A DNA stretch of 64,000 nt from Zootoca vivipara (taxonomy: Eukaryota): the NCBI RefSeq assembly GCF_963506605.1, contig NC_083277.1:47926001-47990000 (forward strand), given 5' to 3'. The notes under the pieces are model-generated. The model was given only the letters and a program-made list of their open reading frames with translations. It searched no databases and was not told where the DNA came from. The translations under genes were made by a program, and so were the position numbers. Within the stretch, counting starts at the first letter, position 1; every line of letters starts with the position of its first letter. Below are positions 38,718 through 52,879 of this stretch, piece after piece.

Positions 38718-38780
38718 CTTTCCCATGCCCGAATGAGCGTGTCCAATCTTCACAACAACAGGAAATGTTGGCAATGTTAG
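38718..38780 (-). CDS. SYN2: Synapsin II exon 6 (domain C)
   Basis: cctcag|LTLPTFPVVVKIGHAHSGMGK|gtgcag. 63 nt. Confidence 0.96.
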
Positions 38781-41700
38781 CTGAGGGCAAGAAAGAAAGA
38801 AACACAAGTTTAGAAACGGTTGCGTAAGCAATGAACATTTCATTATCAAGATCATATTTCTCTGTTAGAAATGATTCATTAGAAAGTTTGGCAGATGGGA
38901 TTCAGCTTGTCTTGAATGTCTGTATGTGGCAAATTGGTACAGGCAAGCTGTCTTCATTACTATGGCGCAGAGCTCCCACACTTGCCTTTTGTTTTATATA
39001 ATGCAAGGAATATGTCTTCCAGGCCATAATTTCTCTCTCTTTAACATAAAAGCACTGAGTTCAGATATTTCCTACTTTTGCTCAGACAATGGGTTTTTTT
39101 TGTTTTTTTTTACAGATCCTTGCTGCAGAATAATAATTTATCCATAAGATGTACGGTACATTTTCACAACATGTACATGGCGTTCTCTAGCAGAAAGTGC
39201 AAGAAGGGCCAAGCCATTCCCTGATAATAAAAGGGATGGCATATTTTTTTACTGAATACAGTACATGTTTAACTTTCTTCAATTTGTAAATTCTCAAGTG
39301 GGTAGCAATAATAAAATAAAGCCATCAATCAATTCCCACTTGCAGCAGCCTCCTGAGACCCTGAGAGAAGGCAGAAGACTGGAGCTCCTTGCTTCCATTG
39401 TGATGATGGTAGTTCACGGCAGCATTTTCTAGTGCCTGTGGTTAGCTGGGAGTTCTTGGATTGGTGGCCCCTGGCCAGTTCCCAATATTGTTGCTTGCTG
39501 TCACACAGCCTGTGTGCTATTTCTTACCGGTACTTGTTTATATTTTTAATCAACAATTTAATTGCATTCAGGTATGGACAGCATACTTATGCACAAGCAG
39601 GAGATACAATTAAACAATTCTATTTATTAGGTTCCACAAAATGCAATCAAAATGGCTGCCATAGCATAGCACAACATGGCTGCTATGGAAGACATGGCAA
39701 AACAAAAAATTAGCAACAGCACAGGCACCCCCGATTGTGTGTGTCGGTGGAGCACACATAAACCCATAAGAAATTCCAATTATTAAACTTGTGAAGCAGT
39801 CTGATTTCCAACTCCATTTGGGCTAATCATTCTTGAACAATACAAAATGAATTAAACAATACAGAATGAATTAAACAAATTCACTAACTGTGTTTTGGCT
39901 AAATTTGTTCATTTCAATAGGAGTCAGTCATGAAATATATCCATGCAGCCAACAATATCTACTGCATGATCTACCACAACCTGGCACTTAGATCCATATT
40001 TCAAACTCTTCACAAAGCAAGCAATGTTATCTCCTACTTGCAAAGAAAGTAACTTGCTTAAAATTGCCAAGCAGCAATTGAAAACAACCTTTTCTGATAC
40101 TTCATTCTGTCAAGTGTTTGATTTGTTGGACTGCTTCACCTTTAAATATTGTAGTTAGCACTAAAAAAGTTTGTTTCTTCAAATTATATTTTTATAAATA
40201 AACAGATATCCTCAGCAGATTTATGTCTCATGTGTACTATAACACTTCTGAATGTCCTTATTTTTGACTTAATTGCGTTTTCATCATTTTAATGGTTGTA
40301 AACTCTCATTTTATGCCTCTCTAGATAAAGTGCGCTTCCCAACCTATAATTCACATTACAAGGTTATCATCATTAATACGTACAGAGTTAGTGTAAATTA
40401 CTTTTGTCCTTTATCTGTGAGGTTCACATAGCTGAACAAAGCTGGGAAATATAAAATAATAGTGAATTTACATGCATAGGCATGTCTTTATGGAAATCGC
40501 CCCCCACCCCCATCCCGGTCACAACGAAATAAATTGAGGAACTGCAACCTCCCACAGAAGACTCAATAGAGCATGGATTTTCTCCCTCTTCCCACACATG
40601 GCCAAAACATGTGCAATGTATCATGCCATTAGAAGTATTGGGAGATCTATACACAAATGCCAGGTTCTAGGACATGAACAGCTTTTACAGAGGTGAGAGG
40701 GATATGTAGACAGAGATATGAGAGGCGCACACAGCCTCAGTTCCTTCCAATGTCTCAATGGGTGGCATTGACTTATGCGTAGTGGGTGGGTTGGTTCTAA
40801 CAGGGTTCTATTGAGACTATGGGAATTCACTGCATATGGGAAGAGCACCTGTGGTAGACTGGGTTGTATCCTCTGTAAATATTCCCATATTGCAGCTTTT
40901 AATTCTACCATTATTGAAAAACTGCAGCTGCAAATTTTGCAAATTTCTTCCCACCCAGCCCCTTGTCCAAATTGTAAATTTGTTCCTGGGACTCTCATTA
41001 CTCACCAAGAGGATCACATTAGCATTAACATTAGGTGGAAAATGTATCACTATGGAATAATAACCGAGGAGCATCCACATGACATTCAGTGGCTAGTCTA
41101 ACAAAGTAACTCAATGAAGACTTCTCAGTAAGTTTAGCCGTCATGCAATAAGAGGCGAGATGCTCTTGTAGACCAGGAACTGGTTAAGCAACAAGAAGCA
41201 GAGAGTAGGAATAAATGGACAGAGTGCAATGAAGTTAGAATTTTGCACTGACGTCTGTGGCTCATGGTTGCTGTGATCTTGGAGATGTGGTGGGTGAAAG
41301 ATATTGTATCAATGTATTACACCCTGCAAAATGAAGGGTGGTTGTTAACATGAAGAACACCTAAAGATTCCTAAATACCAGACTGAAAAGTGTTTTGTCT
41401 GAAATCTGGATTTCTTACAAATGAAAGGCTTTATTGATTATTGTTAAGCACTACTGTCAAGAAGTAAATTACGATGTGCTACACCTTAGGGCACTTTCAC
41501 AGTGGGAGTTTGCTCATGTTTGGCATGGAATTAAATGAGCATAATACCTTCTAAAAATACTTTGGCAGACTGTTTACCTATCCCACGTATTCAAAGTCTA
41601 ACAAGTTTTCTTCAGTGTGCAGCTATAATTTTCAAGGGCAAAGCATTTGAAGGACTTAAGCTGAGATGCAACTCACACTTACTTGGGAGTATGTCCCAGT

Positions 41701-42641
41701 GAACTCAGTGGGGCTTACTTCCAAACAGAGATGTATGGGATCAGGTTGTTTATCTTGAAATTGCTAAACTCTGCAATGCAAATATTGCAGCATACATAAC
41801 AGTGGTAAACTATGACTGATATCCTGTTAGAAAGCGCCTCTGGCTTTTAAATTTTTTTTTAATGTATTAGGCTGTGTCCAGACAGTGGCATTATCTTGTA
41901 AACAGGTCAATTATATCCAATTTTTCTCTGTGTGTGATTGGCACACTAGTTTCCTCAGTCATATTCATTGCTATTCTACTGCTTACTGTCCACACCAATG
42001 AGAAGAGCTTGGCAGAAAATATATCAGGTGCTGGAGTTTGTTTGTTTTTTGTCCCTACCAATAATTACTCTTCCTTTCTCCCCTAATCAGCTTTTAGAAT
42101 TAAAATGCAGTTTACTTGTACTTTTAATTAGTGTAAAAAAGTAAGAACAGAAAGGGATATGTTTTTTTTGCGGGGGGGACGGGACATATGATGATGCAAA
42201 GGCAAATGGTTATTAGTCTTCATGGCTTTACTTCAAAAATCAACATGATCCTTTTCATTAAAATAGTCTTCCCAGTGGGAACTATTTCCCATCGCTGTCT
42301 AAAGCAACTAAAGAATACAAATATTTCCACACTACTCTCAATGGCTTTTATATCTCATAATCTGCTCTTGAAGACTTAACATCTGTGTGATTTTTAAAAT
42401 CAGGTAAGACTTTGGTTAAGTGAGCTTTACTTGCTAGTCTGAAAAGAAAGACATGTGAACATAATCAAGATATATCTGGGTCCCTCGTACATCAACTCTA
42501 ATATCCTCTGCTTGATATACCCATCTAAGGAAGTCACAGACCAGCTCTTATGTTTCAAAGCAAAAACTATCATTCCTTAATCTTTAGATATATTACTGAA
42601 CAGCATATAAAGGGAAAAGGTCATTGCAAAGGCAATCTTGA

Positions 42642-43404
42642 TGTTAAATCGGGTCCTCCCTACAAGAGAAGGCAAGCGTTGCAGTAGGACCTGGCAATCA
42701 GACCTAGGTGTTGGGGCGGGGCATTGGAGCAGCCACAACACCCTATTGGTGGGCCCTCTGACGGGGAGCAATTGGGCTATGGGCATGCCAGTCAAATAGT
42801 CAGAGGGACCATTACTTAACTGTTGCACATGACTCTCGAGATCCTCTTCTTGGGTCGCAGTGCATCGGAACACCCGCCCACCTCTCCCTAATATTAAGGC
42901 TTGTGCTTGACCTTGCTATGCCGTTGTGTGTTGCCTGTTTTGAAGCAGGGGCATGGTAGGAATTTCCCCCACTTGGCTGATTGGCTGTTGCCACTTGGGT
43001 TTCGCCTGTCACGTAGCAAATTGTCACAACTTGTAAGGTTGCTGGATAGGCTCTGGTTCATGCTGATAGGGGTGGCAGGATTCCTAGCCATCCCTGTCCA
43101 CGGGTATTCCTGTAAAAGGAATCCTAGGACTCATGGTTGGTCTTCCCCGAGTGGGGTTGTGCCCTGATCCAGAGTTCAGGGCACATCTGGGGGAACTCGG
43201 GCTAGGCGCTAGTCAGGCTCCCGTCCCAGGTGTTCACCTGGCTGACCCATGGTGCCGCCTAGAGTCAGCGCTACCCTAGGTGGCCTTTGGAACCACTCAC
43301 TTGATTTGTAATCAAAAAGTTGTGGCTTAAATTCTGCCAAAAACCAAACCAAAAATTGAGTCCTGTCTGAATTTATTTCTAGGCCAGGTTAAAGGGTCTC
43401 CACA
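42642..43404 (+). mobile_element. Possible solo LTR
   Basis: GC-richer block from TGTT to CACA, with a gattgg box and an aatcaaaaagttgtggc poly(A)-like region. No TSD confirmed. Confidence 0.35.
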
Positions 43405-44647
43405 TGCAAAAGCTTTAGATCAGAAGGCTTGTGTACATGTGAAGCAGTTGCTAAGGGATGCCCCTACTGCAGGAGTAGTCAGACTTACGGCTTGTGTTTT
43501 ACTATGATCCCAGGATCTATGTGCAAAAGACATAGTTAGAACTGAAGAACATGGAACAGAATGCCTAGGAAATTTCCAAGACTAGGAAATTATTTTCAGT
43601 CCCAGAACTGAAGGAAGATCACAGTCTTTTCACAAATGTCCACTCCGGGTTAGTTATTTTCATTCTAATAGCGTAATTTAGATAGAAAAGTCATTTTGTA
43701 GCTTTTACTGTGAAATAACGGTAATTCAGAGTCAAAAACTCTTGCAGATCTATTGCAAATCACCCAGAGATATACCAATAGATTTCATTCTATCTAGATT
43801 TCATTCTATCTTCTGTCTACTCTTGTTATGGTGGCTTTAGTCTTCTTGCTCAAATAATAGATTAAAATATACAGACAACTGGATATTTTACATCTCTATC
43901 AGCTTCCTCACTTTGACATTAGCATTCCATGACATTTCAGAGGCCGAACTTTTCAATTGCACACAGAATTCTCACTATTAGGGGTTTATGATTGCATGTG
44001 GGTACAGTTTATATTAGGGGTTTATGATTGCATGTGATTTATGATTGCATGTGGGTACAGTTCCGAAAACTCTAGACACACAGATTTTGTAATCCTGCTT
44101 TGATAACTATGGAAGCCAACTATTTATATGGGCTATTCAAACTTACTTACTTGGGATCAAGCCCCACTGAATTCAATGTACTGTATATACTTTTGAACAA
44201 ACAATGTTTAAGATTGCACTGTCTCCACTGAATAATTTTGTATACTAGCTTCTTGCCAACAAGTTAAAACGCATTCTCACCTAACTTTGGTTCACCTTTC
44301 TGCATCAAGATACACAACTAATCATCCCCTACTTAGTAGGTGCATTTTCATATACGCTTCATCTGTGTCTTCTTAATATTGGTATTTCATGTATTAGTTA
44401 ATGAAGCAGTCTGTTTCCTTATATGCTGGCCTCAAATAGGACTCTCCCTACCTGTTCCTGAGAATCACAAAAATAAACAGTAACCCAAACTGAATTAGAA
44501 ATTTATCAGAAAAGTAAATATCTAAGACATGTCTACTGCGTCATCTAAATTTTATACATTGATATTTTTCACTTTAGAATTTCCTGGTTTCAGCATCGTT
44601 TTTATTATCCAGGTCTTAACAATAGACAGTTCCATAAGTCAATGCTA

Positions 44648-46664
44648 CCGTGTTTCCCCTTTTTTAATACATAGTCAAAAAGTAAGCCAGGGCAGGGTTT
44701 TTAAGCATTTGAGACATATAAGACATACCCTGAAAATAAGCCATACTTCAGTGCCGCGCGGCGCAAGACCACCAAGTGCCCCAGCCAGCTAGTGGGACCC
44801 AGCACGCCGGCCACTACAGGAGGGGGAAGCCTGCCGGGTTGGGACAGTGCCCGGAAGCGGCTGCGCAGCAGCCGATAAAGCGTGCAGCAGCCGCACGGAG
44901 CACCGAGGGCACAAGCCAGCAGGATCCAGCTCCTGCAATGCCGGCTGCGGCAGGAGGAGGAAGCCTGCCGGGTCGGGTCGGCGCCCGGAAGCGGCGGCGA
45001 CTGCATCGCTAACAAAGCGCGAAGCGGCGCCGCACGGAGCACCAAGGGCACGAGCGGCAGGAGGAAAGAGAGAGAGGCTCGTTACTTGCGGCACTTTAAG
45101 AGAAACGATCTCCACATTCCGAGCCTCCCTTTTGCGTGTGCGGGCGTGTTAAAGCCCCAGTCGGTTCACTCCCCGCTTCCTCATCGCCATCCCTCCCTTT
45201 CAAACGTTGCCTCGGCCCCGCAGACCCCTCCCTGGCCATCTTCCCCTAAGTGCGGTGCTGCTTCGTGCTTTGACAACGCTGCAGCAACCGCCACTTCCGA
45301 CAAAGCGCAAAGCAGCACCGCACTCTCTCTCTGTGTGTGCGCGCGCGTCCGTCTCTGTGTGTGCGCGCGCGTCTCTCTCTCCCCGTGCTGGTCTGTCTCT
45401 GTCTCTCTCTGTGTGTGTGCACGTCTCTCTCCCCCCCCCCCGTGTGCACGTCTGTCTCTCTGTGTTTGCGCGCGCGTCTCTCTCCCCCCCCCTGTGCACA
45501 TCTCTCTCTGTGTGCATGCGTCTCTCTCCCCCCCCACTCCACAATTCCCTGTTCAGGAGCTGAGTGAATGCGCGTCTCTCTCTCCCCGTGCGTGTCTGTC
45601 TCTGTCTCTCTCTGTGTGTGTGCGCGTCTGTCTTCCCCCCCGTGTGCACGTCTGTCTCTCTGTGTTTGCACGCGCGTCTCTCTCCCCCCCCCCGTGTGCA
45701 CATCTCTCTCTGTGTGCATGCGTCTCTCTCTCTCTTCCCCCCCCTCCACAATTCCCTGTTCAAGAGCTGAGTGAATTCACAGTTGAATCTTGCTTCAACA
45801 CTGATGTTTACAATATACCATAGTATCCTGCACTGCAGCTGAGGGCTAGAGTAGACAGGGCAGGTGGTGTGACATACACAACATGAAACTTCCAATAAAG
45901 TAGTAAAGGAACTGACAGTTCAAATGTGAAGATTGTAGAGGCAGACTTGGCAAACTCTTCTGTGAACTGTCATGGCATGTAATCTGATGCTTTTGGAAGC
46001 ATAAAGTGGCTCCAGTCGGGTGTACATTTGCCCAATGGGGAAGGTAATGGTATCTTCCTGGGCAATGCTGCTTACAGATGTTCTATGGCCATAGGGTGGT
46101 TCAGAATGGCTTCACCTTCTGGCTTTTTAAAAAACTGACATCCCCTCCCCGTCTAGTTTTGCCAAGAGACCCACTGCAAATCTGGAGGAGGAGTGGCTTT
46201 GGCGGGCTCTGAATAATCTCTCTCTCCCTTTCTCCTGGAGGAGGATCTGGTGTGTAGGACTTACAAACCTTCAGAGACCCAGCTCTTTGGGGGGGGGGCT
46301 TTTGGACACCACGCTTTGCCTCCCCTCCGATTGGGAACATTCTGGCATCACAGGAGGTGGCCAAGCGGGTGGTGTCACTTCCGCACCGCCCCCCGCAAGA
46401 CTTGGCAATAAGATATAGTGATAGGCGCAGTTCTGGAGGGCACCAAGGAAGAGGCGAGGCTGGACACTGCGCCTCCGAGCAACAGCTCCAGCCCCGCCGG
46501 CAGCACCCTTAAGACAGCCCTGGATAAATGTACTGTAGATTGCTTTACCATACCGGTACTTATGTGGTAATAAAAAAATAAGACACCACCTGAAAATAAG
46601 CCACCATGTGTTTTTTTGAGGAAAAAAAGTTATAAGACGGTGTCTTAAAAAAGGGGAAACACGG
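44648..46664. mobile_element. ~2-kb non-autonomous Tc1/mariner-superfamily element (Tc2/pogo-like)
   Basis: TA|CCGTGTTTCCCCTTTTTTAA ... TTAAAAAAGGGGAAACACGG|TA, subterminal CCTGAAAATAAGCCA at both ends, no recognisable transposase. Confidence 0.88.
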
Positions 46665-47183
46665 TAGTGTTACTTTTGCAGGTGCCCAACTCATGTGTCT
46701 AACTATGAGTTAGTGCCCCAGAAGTTATGACTTATGAGAGTGGTTTAGATCAAGCAGCTGTCATGCTTCTGGGCCTATTTTTACAACAACAAGGGTTATG
46801 AAACTTTACTCCTCCAGTTTTTAAAATGAAATACATTTTTTCTCTGGAGGATTTTTGGCTTGAAGGGAAAGTTTTAAATACTGAGATAATGATATAATCA
46901 GTCTTTTTTGAAGGTCAGAAACATTATGGTTATCTGAATGCAACACAAAGTTCATATGCACTATTCTTCTGTTGTAGCTTCCTTATTTGGTTTTTCCATT
47001 CAAAGGAAACTAAACAATAGTGAGGACAGCTGTTAAAATGATTGGAAAACAATTTCACACCAGTTTCACATTGTGTCATACACATGGATTATAGTTAGGG
47101 TTTATATCCATGGTTAAAATGGATATTCAATTCAATTTACAGCATATCATGAGAAAATCTAGCTGTGAATTTTAAATACATGG

Positions 47184-47219
<36 letters not shown>

Positions 47220-48116
47220 TATTAGTCACTGTAGTCACAAAAGTGATCCAAAGTGATCTACAACACAATATAAACAGTAAAACCAATGTCAACAAGCCAA
47301 CTAATAAAAACCTAAAAATATATATCTCTACAAATATCAGTTTCACTTATTTATTAATTAAGCAAGGCTTTAAGCAAGGCTTCAAATGATTTTCCATCAG
47401 AAACACATGCTTAGAGTTGTGCATCTTTATGTATTTTGCAGTCTTGAGGTTGCATAAACAGTTTATAAGCACTAAAAAGATAGCAATAGATGGTCTGGTT
47501 CTCAGCCATCTGTATTTTGCTTGTGACAAGGAAGATGGCTTAGCAGAAAATGTTTTGTTTTGCTTTGTTTTCAAAATCATGAACATTTAGATGATGGGAC
47601 ATCAGAAACCACAAACTGGAGAATGCATATATTTCAAGAATTGAGATGACAATCAATGAACCACTAAGGCCTTGACAAATTTTAAATTAACAAGCAGCCA
47701 CATCATGCTGGAATCCACTGGGTCTTACCTAAAATGGCAATACACTCCACCTGCACACTCACAACTTTTGTGCCAACTTTTAAATGTCTGCTGAAAACCT
47801 TTTTTTATTCTGCCAGGCCTATGCAAGCAATGAGGTAGGTTAGGCTGATAGATAGTGAAAAGCTCAAGGGCTACCAGTGAGCCTCATGGCTTAGTAGGAA
47901 TTTGACCCTGGGTTTCCTCACTCCTGGACATGAGAACATGCCACATGGTACTTTGTAGTCCATTTTGTTTTTATGAAATAAGAAAACAAACATATACTTT
48001 GGTTCAATCTGGCAATAATTATACAATAATATTTTTGTTTAGTTTATAAGGTTTCTTTTTCACCTTTTGTTATATACTGCTGAATTATTGGTTTAACTTA
48101 ATGTTTATTTAAGTTT

Positions 48117-48460
48117 GCTGGAGGAGACTCTTGAGAGTCCCATGGACTGCAAGAAGATCAAACCTCTCCATTCTGAAGGAAATCAGCCCTGAGCGCTCAC
48201 TGGAAGGACAGATCGTGAAGCTAAGGCTCCAATACTTTGGCCATCTCATGAGAAGAGAAGACTCCCTGGAAAAGACCCTGATGTTGGGAAAGATTGAGGG
48301 CACAAGGAGACAGAGGACGAGATGGTTGGACAGTGTTCTTGAAGCTACGAACATGAGTTTGACCAAACAGCGGGAGGCAGTGCAAGACAGGAGTGCCTGG
48401 CGTGCTACGGTCCATGGGGTCACGAAGAGTCAGACACGACTAAACGACTAAACAACAACA
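48117..48460 (+). mobile_element. BovB LINE 3' fragment
   Basis: RVPWTARRSN...GVTKSQTRLND, (CAA)n tail, TSD AAGTTT. Confidence 0.93.
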
Positions 48461-50189
48461 AAGTTTAAACTTTGCTGTTGTGGGAAATTCTTATTATGGA
48501 GTTATTTTATTGCTCTTTTCATAGCAGGTTACTGTCAGTTAGTTAATAGTTAATTGGATTTTTGTAACAAAACATACTGCATTAACATTTGCATAGTACA
48601 TTTTTATTGTACTGTGGAATGAGGTACTGAACATGTTGTGACACCAGTTTATTGTGGCATGTCGACTTCCATGGGCATGATGTTATATTTTACAGAAACT
48701 GCAATGTCATGGGGAAACTGTACTTATTCATGAGAAAGGGCTTCCCTCATCAGTATTACGGAATGCCCTTTGTTTTCGGATGAAATGGAAACTAGGAAAT
48801 GACCCAACAATATCATGAACAGGCAAATTTCTTCTGAAACACTTCTATGTTATTCCTGGAAGTTCAATATCCACACCACAGCCTTCTTATATAGACTGGC
48901 TCAGGATTTAATTGGTTCCATGACAACCATGGAGATGTCTCAACGTATCAGTGCCTTATACTTGTGGCAGATCATACCCTAGATCTGGTCATTACTATAT
49001 ACCGTAATAGATTAGGGTTAATCTGGTAGTGGGAGGAGTTACAATTACTCCTTTGCCATGGATGGCTTGTTACAAGGTTGGCTGTGGACTGGTGGTGGGA
49101 GTTGCCCTCTGCAGAAACAGGCGACTTTGCAAGATAGTCTGCCCCCTGAAACTGATAGATGATGAGGGATTCCTGAATGCTCTGAGGGCATTAATAGCTG
49201 ATCTCACTGATGCTCCTGTTGACTTCCTTGCCTCACTATGGAATGGTAAGATGGGTATTGGCCATCAACACAATCAGACCCTCCAAGTGTCCCTATTTTC
49301 CAGGGATGTCACTGATTTAGAGAAGCCATCCCAGTTTCTTATTTGATCCTGGAATGTCCCACTTTTCCTTAGGATGCCCCTATTTTCACTGGAGAAATGT
49401 TGGAGGGTATGGAGTTATCCAACCCCCAAGCCGTCTAAAGGCAATCCAGGATAGGGAAGTTTTTCTTCTTCTAATATTTAATGTTTTATTATGTTTTCAT
49501 GTATGTTGGAAGCTGCCCAGAGTGGCTGGGGCAACCCAATAAGATGTGTGTGGGATATAAATAGCAAAATTATCATTATGGAACAGGACGTCCCTATTTT
49601 CGATGGATAAATGTTGCACAATCCCTCTCAAATGTGATATCCAGCATTGTGGTTCAGCTCCCTGGCTTTCCAGACAGCTGTGGGTGATGGAACTGGTTGA
49701 CTGACTACCTGAGCACCAAACGCGAGTATGACTGAGCACAGGAAGGGGAGACAAAGAAAGGGGAGATGACAAAACAGAAAATTCAGCTGTGTTACAAAAA
49801 TGAGAGGAATCTTATTTCTTTCATGGTAAAAAATATATATACTGTATAATATAACCTTCCCTCCTGGCTAGACATTTCCTTAATTTCCCTTTGCAAGCCT
49901 ATTACTCTAAGCCCAGCAGCTCTGATATTGTGGGAACAGGGCAGTCATGGCATCTTATATACACTCCTGCCACATGAAAGGGCATGATATATGTAGCGTA
50001 CTAGAGGGGCACTTTCTCATACTGTTGACATTGTGGCTCAGTTTGACAGCCTGACCACTGCTTATACTGTTAAATAACAATGTAACCCCTCTGTTCTACT
50101 TAGAAGTATGTTTTCCACCAAGATTTGCAGCTTGTCAGGCAGCTGTTTGGCAGTAACTGGTTCCCTTGTGTGTGTGTGTTTTAAATTAA

Positions 50190-51312
50190 TTTTTTAAATA
50201 TATTTTTATTAAAGATTTCCTTGATTTACAAAAGTATGTGCAATGTCAGTAGTAAAATCAGCAGCAACTAGGCCCCTGACAACCTTCGAAAACCTCCTCC
50301 TAATAACAAAGGGACACGGTAAAGGGATGGTACCTGCAATATACAAAATACTACTCCAAAATCCCATGAACCCCCCTAGACGCAATCAAAAAACAATGGG
50401 AGGATGACATAGGCTATGAGATTAACCCCACTCAATGGACCAGAATGTGGTCTAAACCCCTCTTTAAATCCATATAAACAAAAAGTAAAGAACTCACTCT
50501 GAAACTCACCTACAGGTGGTACCTAACACCAAGAAAACTAGCGCTAATACGCCCAGGAACCTCACCAAAATGCTGGAGAGGGTGCACCTCCACAGGCACA
50601 TACCTCCACATGTGGTGGGTGTGCCCCAAAATCCAACTATTCTGGACAACAACCATACAAGAAATTTTTAAAATGACCAAGCAAGTATTAGAAATGACCC
50701 CAGTTTTGGCCCTACTAAACATCTTCTAAGACAATAATGCCCACTTACACCACAAAGAACTTATAACCCACCTACTTTCAGCAGCCAGAAGCATCATAAC
50801 CAGACACTGGAGAGACCTGTCAGGAGAAAGCATGGACCAATGGTACCAAATAGTATGGGAAACAGCCTTACTAGAAAAATTAACCAATAAGCTGAAACTG
50901 ACATGGGGACAAATAGAAGAAGACGCCTTCACCCCAGTATGGCTCCCCTTTATCACATACACAGCCCAACAAGACAATGACAAAAACCCACCAATAGCAT
51001 ACACATCAATATGGCAAACCTGATCCAAAACACCCACTCACACATGAAAACAAAGATCACCACAGCCAATCACAAGTGAACAACCACACCCTAGGCCAAC
51101 CCCAACCTCTCTCACCACCAAAGGAACACAAGTGAATAGCAGAGAACCTGCACAAGCAATGCTGACACAAAACCCCACATATATTAATTAAATACTGTAG
51201 AAACATCGCCACCCAACCCCACTCATCTTCCCCCCTCCACCTCTTTCCACCTTTTCTTCCTAATGTCTCGAAAAATGAAACCGATTTGTAAAAAATGTTA
51301 CATGGAAAAACT
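50190..51312. mobile_element. L1-clade LINE 3' fragment with probable inversion
   Basis: Plus strand encodes YRWYLTPRKL...KCWRGCTSTGTYLHMWWVCPKI (ORF2 CCHC region) followed by 3' UTR. An AATAAA/A-rich tail sits on the minus strand at 50190-50247. Confidence 0.8.
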
Positions 51313-51644
51313 GATTCGCTTGTTAATCCACAGGTAACTACTGTAATGCCAATTGCTACAGGGTAAACTTTACACAGTAAAGAAAGGTAACTGTTAATTA
51401 CTCAGGAGTAATTACCCTTCTATGTAACAGTTGTAGACTGCATGCAGTGCTCTATCCAGTCAATCTCGCCTAAGATCACTGTGATCTTTGGTAAACTGCC
51501 CAGTAGCCACAGCGGCAGGTGGACATATAATTCTGCTGAGTTCAGTTGAAGGATACAATCATGCCTTTAGTCAAGTCAGTTACTAGTTACATTTATCCCA
51601 GAACATATCTCAAACATATACTGGTTGGTTCTTTCAAGTCCTTG

Positions 51645-51762
51645 ACCCTCCAGATGTTTTGGCCTACAACTCCCATGATCCCTAGCTAACAGGACCAGTG
51701 GTCAGGGATGATGGGAATTGTAGTCCAAAACTTCTGGAGGGCCAAAGTTTGGGGATGTCTGC
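51645..51762. mobile_element. Short palindromic MITE
   Basis: ccctccagatgttttggcctacaactccca ... tgggaattgtagtccaaaacttctggaggg. Older relatives lie at ~27200-27330 and ~33410-33530. Confidence 0.7.
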
Positions 51763-52879
51763 CCTTGGCTCTATAAGAAACCAAAAAACCCCAAAACTCT
51801 GTTTCCCTAGTTTATTCCCTAACCAACACAAAGGGGGGAGATGGGATGGGACGGGACGGGACGGGACGGGGACATTTCTAAGAAACAGCCTGCTTTGCCA
51901 TATTGCAGCAGCAGAGAACTTAAAACTTCTTTGTGCTTCTTCAGCAAACTGGCCCTTTAACTCTGGTGCTCTACTGCTGAAGTTGAAGCCCACGGCAAGG
52001 TTCATGCTGTTTTAGGAAATTAGTTATCTATCCTTCCTACTGTCTTGAGAATTCATTGCTTTCAACCTGCTGATTATTATATATTTTTTTAATTTTCCCA
52101 AGCTGCTTGAGCTGTGTAAATTAATATTCCAGTTTCTTAATGTTATGTAGGAAAAAGAATTTCTATAGAACAACCAAAGCAGTGATAATACATCTATATC
52201 TCATATGACTCACCAGTTAGTGGTTCTTATGGAGTTCATGCAGTATGCTAAACGCTTTCTCACCCCAATATGTCAACCTGTTCTGTAGCTTTTTTTTTAA
52301 AAAAAAGCCCAAACCCTGGCCCTCTCACCCATACAACTAAGAGGGAGCACACTTAGCAGGGGCAGAAAATATTTGCAAACTGCATGCCCCTGTTTCAGGT
52401 CACTGCTAATATGGTGTTAAATTAGAAGCTCATCTTACAAATTCAGACTTAGGGCACTTTTTCAAAAAAAAGTTAATCAATACTTCAAACAAATCCATTA
52501 CCAGATAGTAGCTAAACTGCTCTACTGCAATCCTGTCCTGGTATCGCTTGCATGTTCCAACTGTGTACGCCTTTCAGGCAATGCTTGTAACATTTCCTCT
52601 TCATGAATGATCATCTGTGCAACCAGCATAGAGGCACTATTCCAAGAAAATGTTGAAAGGGACAGGGAGAGATTAGGGGATGAAACTAAAGCTGAGCCTT
52701 AAAGCGAAAGGAAGCAATGGCTTTGACATACATTTTTACTTTGACAACGAGAGAAACAGACAATGACATACCATATTGCAGGCTAATTTATATCTTCATC
52801 TTTTTAAAAAAATCTTCTAAATGGCCTAAAATCAAGAAGAATGTGTTTTCTGGAAGGCCTCCGTGATTATTGCTGACAA

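Noticed and set aside
43975-44065. Three TGCATG (RBFOX) motifs in a short tandem duplication
   Set aside because: Wrong strand for SYN2 pre-mRNA, upstream of TIMP4, and far from any exon.
44701-45895. Long overlapping ORFs up to 313 aa
   Set aside because: Stop-poor GC-rich and low-complexity repeat inside the Tc2-like element, with no recognisable domain.
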